NCBI RefSeq assembly: GCF_006345805.1
Contig: NW_021824695.1
Span: 1 to 36,308 of the forward strand
From: Octopus sinensis
Lineage: Eukaryota
Direction: 5' to 3'
Length of the DNA: 36,308 nucleotides
The notes below the pieces were generated by a model, which saw nothing but the letters and a program-made list of their open reading frames with translations, was not told the DNA's origin and did no database searches. Below are positions 12,577 through 20,935 of this stretch, piece after piece; within the stretch, counting starts at the first letter, position 1; each line of letters starts with the position of its first letter. The translations under genes were made by a program, and so were the position numbers.

Positions 12577-14347
12577 GATTTTATTACTACCCACAAGGGG
12601 CGAACATAGATGGGACAATACAATCGGGGAACTTAAAATAAGAAAGCGAATGACAAGAAAAGGAAAAAATAAAAGTAAAAATGACATATGAAAGAATATT
12701 TACAATGAGATGTAAATGTCCACTCGATCCCCGGAATCAAGTGGTTACATTTTCGTCACATATATTTCACAATATTTTCTTTTTTCTCTTCTTTCTTCTC
12801 TCACAATTCTATACGTATTCCATAATAACTTTCAATTCTCTAAAGTCAATCACTGAGCCCTCAGGCAGCCGCTCTCTCACTCGAACACTCGTGTAAAATA
12901 TTACACTCTCTCCGGCAGCTCTGAGGAACTCAGCGACTCTTTCTTCGGGGATTAGAGCAGTCTCCTGCCACTGATCGGTCATCCTGTTGACCCACACATG
13001 TCCCTCCGTATTACATGTTAAGTCTTTCATTTCGGGGCAGAAATGGAAGGTTATTAACTTGTAGAAGCAGTAATCTTGTTTCCGTCCTACGTTTTCCTTC
13101 GTTTTTCTTTTCGGGCTTATTTCTTCCTTGTTCTCCTCTCTTTGTTTCTCCCTTTCTCTCTTTTTGCTTTCTTTTCTTTCTTCTTCCTTCTCTTGTCTTT
13201 TTGGTTCTTTGTCTGTTCTCTCTTTCTCTCGTGTTTTATGTTCCTTTTCTTTTTCTTTTTGTGTGCCGTCTTTTCTTTTCGTTTGATTCTGATCTTTCTC
13301 TTGTTTTTTTCCTGTTGGTTCTTTTTCCTTTTTTTTTCCTGACTCTGTTTTGGTTCTATTTCTTTCTTTTCTTTTATTTCTTTTTCCTTCATTGACTTAT
13401 TATTTCCTTTCTCTTGTTGTTTTGTTTCCTTTTCTATGTTTTCTTTTTCATTTACCGTATTCTTCTTTTCTTCAAGTTCCTGCTCGCACTCCGCTACGAA
13501 TTCGTATAACGGGCACTCTTTTTTAATGTGCCCCCTTGTCCCGCACAGGTAACAGTTTGGTTTTCTTCCCTCTACAATTACACTGAGGGTTTTCTCATCT
13601 TCAATTTCTATTCTGTAGGGGAACCTTTCAATGTCCTCTTTTGTGGCCATCAAACACAGTTCTACCCCATATCCTCTCCAGTTTACCGCGTTGGACTCCT
13701 TAAAGGATTCCACCTCCACTTCCTCTTCTGCTGCTCCTAGAATAGCTGTTGCCAGCCATTCTGTTTTCACTTCTGGGGGTATATTCGGATTTTAACCCGG
13801 ACCCCTCTTCTTCCCTTGTATGAGGGCCACATTATAAATGTTTCCGCTCTTAGTACAGTGGTAGCCAGTGAGGCTGCAATTTCTTCCGTTGCACATCTCA
13901 CCTCCACCGTACCAAATTTCTTGCCTCTACTCACGTAGGTCGATTTCCCCATTATGTCTCCCAGACATTTTTCGATTTCGGCTATCTCCACTCTTGCCAG
14001 TTTCTTTGTATTTTTGTCTTGGGTTCTATATGTTACTGTCTTGTTTTCTTTGTCCTCTTTTGCTTTCGCGGGGGGGATTAGCTTCACGCTATCACCCTCC
14101 CTTTTGAATAGCTTTTCATATTCTTTGAGTTTACTCTTCTCAAAGAAAACATCCTTCACGATTATCGACGAATCGTTATTTTTCCCGGTGACCCCCACGT
14201 AAGTCGCCATGACTAGAGGGTCAATTCACCTTCTTCGGAAGGTTTCCACACGTGGAGGCAAACGCCTCGCGCGATATCAAATCAATTTACACAGAAAAAT
14301 TTCACCGTCTAGTCACAGATAACAACACACATAGATTTCAGACATGT
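12577..14347 (-). mobile_element. Unit B: ORF1-only, non-autonomous Tx1-related element (HAL1-like architecture)
   Basis: Starts at the same ACATGTCTGAAAT motif and ends in the same 46-nt tail as the autonomous units. It encodes only a diverged ORF1, and no EN or RT motif is visible between the stop (12809) and the tail (12624). Confidence 0.8.
12809..14210 (-). CDS. Unit B divergent gag-like ORF1 (~467 aa if two single-base deletions are repaired)
   Basis: TYVSRGKKFGTVEVRCATEEIA aligns with TYINRGKRFGTVEVRFATEDIA of A. Knuckle CYLCGTRGHIKKEC. Adding one A at ~13784 restores RNIPPEVK, and adding one A in the run at 13329-13337 restores an E/K-rich linker that runs into a C-terminal domain ending IMEYV*. 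Confidence 0.78.
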
Positions 14348-14590
14348 TGTTTTATTATTACCCACAAGGGGCGAACACAGAGGGGACAAAACAATCTGAT
14401 TTGGGGTCAGACATACGAATGGTTTTTACACAAAATCGGATTTAAAAATTTTCATGAATTACAATAAATGGACAGAATCGGATGATGGGACAGACCGGAA
14501 GACGTTACGGGTGGAGTGGGTGCGGGTTTAGCTCGGACCCCACGAGCCCCGCCTCCCCACTGATACTTTTGGTTAAGCTTGGTATTACAT

Positions 14591-17500
14591 TTATGTTGTA
14601 TCTTTCACTCGCAACTTTCGTGCTACATCCTTCCATCGTTCCTCATACACTCTCCTAGTCAGGCATATTCTCTCCAGCCCTATCTTCCTTTTCAGGTGAA
14701 AGATGAAATACTTCATCAAACCAGGGCCGGAGATGAACTTGCCTGACTGTACACCTTTCATTCTCGTCTTCCATATCACCTCTTTCGCAATTGCTACTAC
14801 AACGAGAAAACGAAACTTACCTTCATTCACGAGGAAATCCGGTGGGTCAATTTTTGTAATCGACTCAGTCGACAGCTGTACTCTTCGTGTACCTGACAAC
14901 AGGTGTTCGGCATAAACCCACACCTCAGACACGTCCGGACAATGAACAATAGCGTGCGGGACGGTTTCCCTATCCCGCCCGCATCTTGGACATATCGGAC
15001 TGTCTTGGCCACCGTGCCTTGCGAGTTTATCCCGAACAGGTAGAGCTCCTCTGTAGCATTGCCATGCCAGAGACTTCTGGAAGTTGTCCAGTGTCCTCGG
15101 CTCGAACGTACGTCGGAACAGACTGGCCAGCTGATTATCGTCGAGACCTAGGGTTTCCCCCAAGGTATCTTCACATTCCGCCTCTACCAACCCTCTATAG
15201 AAGAATGTTGTGGAACCCCCACCGCAGGCGTTGCCCGAGCGACGGAATAGCAGGAGAGCCTTGCGACACTCCGTGTACCAAGTACCAAGTTTCGATCTAC
15301 GATTCAGCCAGGTTTCCCATCCACCGAAACTGGTGAACTTGGGAAACATCAGTTTTGCCAGCGAAGACCACACCCGTTCACCATCCAGGTAGAGCCACAG
15401 ATGTCTTAACCTCAGCGCATGTCTGCGCATCATCAGCCAAGGCATCCCTAGCCCACCCTTTAACGGTTGTTGACAGCAAGTAGAGCGTTTCACAAGTGGT
15501 TTCCCGCCCTTCCACAAGAAGTAGAAGAGTTGTCTTTCCAACTTGATCAACCACGAATCAGGGCAAGGAACGACGGAAAGGCGGTAGGTGATAACCGATG
15601 CGATAAACACATTGGCCACCTCCGCCCTCCCTTTCAAGGATAGCCACCGCCAAGACCAGGTCTTGGCTACTGCAGCCACCTTGCTCGTTACCTCGCCCCA
15701 ATTCTTCTCTATTTGGAGGTCTGGACCGAACCAGACCCCTAGCAGTTTAATCGGACCCTCCGTCCAACGTCCCACGACGCTGTCAGGAGGCATCGACTTG
15801 CCTCTCCAGGTGCCGAGTTGCAAGCCGACTGACTTTTCGCGATTAACTTTTGCTCCTGTCACCGTCTCGTAAACCTCTATGGCCTTGCCTACTTTACATA
15901 GGTGGTCCATTTCGGTTACGATGATGGTGATGTCATCCGCGTACGCTGACACTGATTTTCCATTACCTGGCTGTCTCGGGATGCCGCTCAGTTTTCGCAG
16001 TAATGGCTCAAGAGCCATCACGTACAAAAGCGGGGAGAGCGGACACCCTTGACGAACCGAGCGTTTGATTTTGAACGGCTTCGACAAGAAGCCGTTCACC
16101 CGAACTACCGAGTCGATGTTATCATAAATTTGGATAATCCACCTGAGGAAGCCAAGGCTCAGCCCGAACTGTGCCAGAGCAGACACCAGGTAACGATGGT
16201 CGACCCTATCAAAAGCTTTAGATTGGTCTAAATGGACCAGTGCCCCACCCTTGCCAGAATCACTATTAAACCCCTCTATAGTGTACCGCATTAGATGGAG
16301 ATTATCCTGAATGGATCTGCCCGGAACGGCACATGTCTGTGCCTCCCCGATCAGACCATCCGCGACACGCGCCAATCTTTTCGATAACACTTTGGCCAAA
16401 ATCTTCAACTCTGTGTTTAGCAGAGTGATGGGCCTGAAATTATCAATGCACTCCCCCTTGCTCGGGTCCTTTCTGACGAGAGTCACTACTCCCCGGCGCA
16501 CAGATCTGGGTATAAGCCCGTTCTGCTGCCAGTTCGCATAGACCTCCGCCAGTAGGTGCCCGAACAAGTCTGGCATACTCTTATATAACTCATAGGGTAG
16601 ACCATCCAAACCCGGCGCCTTGCCCGCGCCGCAGTCCGCCATTGCCTCAACCACTTCCTCAGGTGTGATTGGCCCTTCACAGCCCTCCGCATCTCGCCCC
16701 GATAAGCGCGGCAGACCGTCGAGTAGGTCCGTAAAGGCCCTCCTCCTATCCAGTCCGCCGCACTCACCGAAAAGCTGAGCGAAGTGCTCCTGAAAGGCCT
16801 CACACATCTCCTCGGGCTCGTTTATCAACTCACCTTGTTGGTTCGTCAAAGATCGAATCGTGGCATCGTTACCATGCCGAGCTTCCACCACTCGGGCCCA
16901 TCTCACGGCGTTGATTCCTTCACATCCCATATGACGGATTCTAGCCCTGACAATGCAGCCCATGTGTTTGGCCTCGAGGTGCTGGTTTAACACCAGTCTC
17001 TTGGACGCCACCTGAGCCGCAGAGCCAGTTTTCATGGCTTCCTCTAATTCCTTAACTAGAGTAGTTTCCCTTCTAGCCTCTCTAGCCACTACTCCTATGC
17101 TATATCTAATAGACTCAAACTTGATGGCTCGTTTGAGGGCGTACCACCATTTGTTATTAATGATGGTACCAGATAGTGCCCTCTGAATTATATCCTAATC
17201 CGGTCTTTGTACTCCTTAATCGCCAAAAGGGACGTATTAAGTTTCCAGTAACCGGATCCTCTATTTTTAACCTTATCTATGTCAAGCTTACAAGTGACCA
17301 TTTTATGATCACTGTAGCTGATCGGGTAAAACTGTGGACACTTAGCTATTTTACTGTCTACTTTTCTAATTAGTATTCTATCTAGATATGACCTGGAAGA
17401 TCCGTCGCTGTTTGACCATGTCCACAATGGAGCGTTCGGAAATTCCAGCCTATAAGGATCTGCTAGCTCAAAGCGGCTTAGCAGTTCCATGAAGCCACTG

Positions 17501-17985
17501 TTGCCTTTTCTATCTGGACACGAGCCAACATAATCTACATCCGCTTTGCAAATTGTGTTGAAGTCTCCTAGCACCACTAATGAATGCGAAGTACCAAGAA
17601 AGTTTTCTAGTTCACGAAAATAATCACTTTGCCCTGTATGGTTGGGTGCGTAAATTGCAACCAGTCTGATAACTTTACCGTTACTGAACGTCAAATCCAT
17701 GACGACCAGCCTACCTTCTGGATCTGCAAAAATTAACTTTTTCTCAGAAACCCGGTTTCTTTTTAATAGGACCAACACCCCACTCCCGCCTGTAGGACTG
17801 CCAGGAGAGAAAAAACTCTCGTAGCCGTCAAACAGCGGGAGTAGACCTCTTGGCCCCTCTAACCGGGTTTCTGTAGCAACAATAACATCTAAATTACGCG
17901 ACCTGATATCATGCAGGAAGCGACCTTGCTTCCAGTCTGCTCCCAGGCCGCGCACATTTAAACAACCAACATAAATGGAATCCAT
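14591..17985 (-). CDS. Unit A ORF2: APE endonuclease, reverse transcriptase and CCHC zinc finger (1131 aa if the 1-nt deletion is repaired)
   Basis: EN motifs LNVRG, ETR, GDFN, YLDRI, SDH. RT motifs PGLDG, NFRPI, DQSKAFD, QGCPLSP, YADD. C-terminal CPRCx8Hx4C. A reads aggatata where C reads aggaatata, giving a single frameshift. Confidence 0.92.
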
Positions 17986-17994
17986 TACTTACCT
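17986..17994 (-). promoter_or_regulatory. Consensus 5' splice-donor-like motif AG/GTAAGTA in the ORF1-ORF2 spacer (also at 10971-10979 and 5986-5994)
   Basis: The motif is identical in three copies and complementary to the U1 snRNA 5' end. Function is not shown. Confidence 0.4.
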
Positions 17995-19367
17995 TATATC
18001 AGTGGTTCGGTTTTCTCTTGTTTTTCTAAATCTTTATCTGGGCCTCGTGGGGGAGTCTGACGTAGGCCCTCGAATATATGTGGGGATGTCACATCCAATC
18101 TAAGTGGGCCTACGTCATGGAAGAATTCTGACTTTATCCGCCCGTAATCCTTCCGGTCTATTCTATAAATTACAAAGTCATTTTTTTTCTCTACTTTCAC
18201 CACTTTGGCCATGGCTGCCAACACGTTTCCGAGTCTGCTATTTGATGCTCTTACTGCCATATATGAGTTTGACTCTTTTTTCTTTTTTAAAATTACTCTG
18301 GGAGGGGTGGTTTCCGTTTTTCTTTTTTTTTTTTTTCCGATAATTTTTGCCCACCCCTCCTCATTTATCTTTTCCTCGCTCTTTTCTTTCTCCGCCGCTG
18401 GTTCTGCTGTCACCTCCACACCTTCAGTCTTCCCTTCTGGGCCGTCTGACGCTGCTTCTGGTGACACATTGTCTTCTTTTTCTTTTGGCTTAGGTGCTTC
18501 CTGCGGTTTGGGTTGGGGTTGGCATTCCGCCCTTACGTGCCCCTTCTTGCCGCAGCCGAAGCACCTCGGTTTCCTGCCCTCTACGAACACTGTTATTTTC
18601 TCGTCTTCACTAATCCTCAACGTTTCTGGAATTTCTTCCAATGTTTGCACCTCTGCTTGGATGGCTATCACAATTTTTTGGCCCTTCCAAAACTCTTCTT
18701 CCTCCACTGTGGCCTGGAGGATGTTTATTTTTTCCTCCAGACCTACCATCACTGCTGCCACCAGACATTCAGCATCTGCCTCTGGCGGTATGTTATTCAT
18801 TGAAATTTTCGACGTCCTTTTTCCTTTGTACAATGGTAGTAAGACAATGTTTTCCGCCTTGATTGGTTCCATTGATAATTTCTTCGCTATATCCTCCGTA
18901 GCGAAACGCACCTCCACTGTGCCGAATCTTTTCCCTCTGTTAATATACGTTATCTTGTTCATAAAAGGTTTTAGACAAGACTCTATCTTTTTTTCTTCGA
19001 TTTTTTGGATCATTTTAGTCGCTGTGTCATAGGTTTTATATATTATTCTTTTGTTTTCTATCTCCTCATGTATTTGTAAGTTTGTGGCCACAGTCACTTC
19101 TGTGCCTTCTTTTTTTACACAGTCTGCAAATTTTTTAAAATTGTCTATATTTATTTTTTTGATCTTTTTCCCAGCCACTTCAGCGAATTTTTTTGCTGGA
19201 GTTGATGCTGGTACTTGTTTTTCCATTTTCTTGGGCGACGCCGCCTCTTTTTTCTTCGGCGACAGCGCCTCTTTTTTTCTTGGCGACAACGCCTCTTTTT
19301 TACTTGGCGACAACGCCGGGTATTCATCCTCGCTCGTCACGGGCGAATAAGTGATGGGGGACTCCAT
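17994..19367 (-). CDS. Unit A ORF1, intact 457-aa gag-like protein with SPxK repeats and CCHC knuckle
   Basis: Open from the ATG at 19367 (MESPITY) to the TAA at 17994, with CFGCGKKGHVRAEC. Homologous to ORF1 of C and D. Confidence 0.93.
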   Translation of the reverse strand: MESPITYSPVTSEDEYPALSPSKKEALSPRKKEALSPKKKEAASPKKMEKQVPASTPAKKFAEVAGKKIKKINIDNFKKFADCVKKEGTEVTVATNLQIHEEIENKRIIYKTYDTATKMIQKIEEKKIESCLKPFMNKITYINRGKRFGTVEVRFATEDIAKKLSMEPIKAENIVLLPLYKGKRTSKISMNNIPPEADAECLVAAVMVGLEEKINILQATVEEEEFWKGQKIVIAIQAEVQTLEEIPETLRISEDEKITVFVEGRKPRCFGCGKKGHVRAECQPQPKPQEAPKPKEKEDNVSPEAASDGPEGKTEGVEVTAEPAAEKEKSEEKINEEGWAKIIGKKKKRKTETTPPRVILKKKKESNSYMAVRASNSRLGNVLAAMAKVVKVEKKNDFVIYRIDRKDYGRIKSEFFHDVGPLRLDVTSPHIFEGLRQTPPRGPDKDLEKQEKTEPLI

Positions 19368-19984
19368 CTTGAACAAATGGCTTTAACAAGCCTTTGGTAA
19401 ATCAAAATTAATTGTAGTTTTCCCCCACTGAGGGGGGAACACCAACGCGAAGTCCTCGCGCGAAGGCTGACTTCGTTAGTTATACAACAATGGACAAAAA
19501 ACAGGTAGATCAACAGTATATAATAACAAAGACAACAGTACAAGAGCAAAATATATATCAACTTACTAATAACTCAAAGAATAAATTTCAGACATGTGCT
19601 CAAATCTTCTTTTTTTCTACATTGTATACTTTTCTTTAATTTAATTTTTTATTATCCATCTGGACTATTCCATTTCTGCACGCTAATTTTATTTTTTAAT
19701 TTATTCCCATTCATGTGAAACCACTTATTCAAGTTCAAATCATTGATGCAATTTTATACCAATTGCTATTTTTAATTTTGTTATGTTACGATTATATTAT
19801 ACTTTAGTTTGATTTTAATTATTACTTACTACATATAATTCAATTGTTATTATTATTTTTATTGTTAAAGTGAAAGTATCTGACATAGAATAGAGAAACG
19901 TTTTTGTTTCACTTTTAACACGTAATACTGAAATAGTGGAGAAGATATGATATTGCTATGGGCTCGCTCTAGGCAAGAAGTTGA

Positions 19985-20137
19985 ACATTTTCTTTTGCCC
20001 ATGAAACTACATGGACCCTAAGTAAGGCATGTGTAAAATTTGAATGGAATTGGTTGTGTAGTTCTCAAGTTTTAGGGAAACACACAGACAGACAGACACA
20101 CACACACACACATTCTCAGTTTTATATATATAAAGAT
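19985..20137 (+). mobile_element. Probable 3' part of a non-autonomous Helitron/Helentron-like (HINE/DINE-1-like) element
   Basis: aaatttgaatggaattggttgtgtagtt...acagacagacacac...ttttatatatataaagat matches the layout typical of such elements (pattern recall only). Confidence 0.45.
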
Positions 20138-20180
20138 TATTATCATTACCACCACGACTACCATTAATATTTGTTACAAC

Positions 20181-20378
20181 GGTGAGCTGACAGAAACGTC
20201 TGCGCGTCAGTGGCATTTCTTCCGGTATTTTACGTTCGGCGTTCAAATCTCGCCAAGATCAAAATTTCCTTTCACCCTTTCGGGGTAGATGAAATAAAGT
20301 AGTCAAATACTGGAGTCGATTTATCCACTAATACAATCTTTCCTCTAAAATTGCTGGCTTTGTGCCAAACTTTAAACG
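20181..20378 (+). mobile_element. tRNA-derived SINE (Octopus-type)
   Basis: ggtgagctgacagaa A-box-like head, gttcaaat B-box-like motif, and a cctttcaccctttcggggtagat body. A second copy lies on the minus strand at 36001-36197. Confidence 0.7.
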
Positions 20379-20621
20379 GTGTTATTGTTGCTGTTATCTG
20401 TATTTATGGTACTTGTGTTTGATTTGCATTTTGTTGATTTTCTTCAAAAATTAAATGTGCCTTTCGGCGGCACACAGCATGATACTGACTTCGGGAACAG
20501 GACGAAAAGTTTATTTTATTTATCTAGTTTTTGCTTCGTTTGGAAAGAAAGGGATATCTTCAGATCCATTTTCGGTTTGACTTGATTACCACTCAAGAGG
20601 TGAAAAAATGTTTTATACTAC

Positions 20622-20935
20622 ACTAGCAGTATCGCCCGGCGTTGCTCGGGTTTGTTTCGGCCCGCTGGAATTGTAATTTTGAAAAGTAAAAATTTTGTGA
20701 ACATTTTTCTGGTCGAAATACACCGAAAAGTGGCGACACAGCAGTGAAAAAATCGTAAAAAATAGGGATTTTCATAGAAAAAAGCATCTTTTTGATGTAA
20801 ATAATTTTTGGTGTTAACATGGTCCGATTTGAATTTTATGTTCTACGGAAGGAAGAGCAACCCTTCTTCTACCATACTCTCAATTTTGGTCAACTTGCGC
20901 CGCAGGGTCTCGGAGGAGATAGTGTTAGTTGAAGG
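20622..20935 (+). mobile_element. Probable 5' part of a non-autonomous Helitron/Helentron-like element
   Basis: Starts actagcagtatcgcccggcgttgctcggg (ACTAG plus a GC hairpin), which is typical of HINE-like termini (pattern recall only). Confidence 0.5.

Larger units (their letters stand above)
14348..19597 (-). mobile_element. Tx1-clade non-LTR retrotransposon, unit A (full length, near intact, 5250 bp)
   Basis: Complete 5'UTR-ORF1-ORF2-3'UTR-tail. The only lesion I found is a 1-nt deletion at ~17192. Confidence 0.95.

Noticed and set aside
16329-16339. gcACATGTCTG inside ORF2 in the opposite orientation (variants at 9469 and in D)
   Set aside because: It is explained by the QTCA codons and carries no insertion. 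It only shows that the short motif alone is not sufficient for targeting.
19418-19472. HDV-like or hammerhead ribozyme in the 5'UTR
   Set aside because: There is no CUGAUGA/GAAA core. The UCCUCGC resemblance is on the antisense strand without P3 pairing, and the structure lies >120 nt from the element 5' end.
19585-19597. Junction motif caacATGTCTGAA as a histone (H1/H2A/H4-like) start-codon target
   Set aside because: It resembles a Kozak-ATG-TCT-G start, but no histone coding sequence follows or flanks it in this window.
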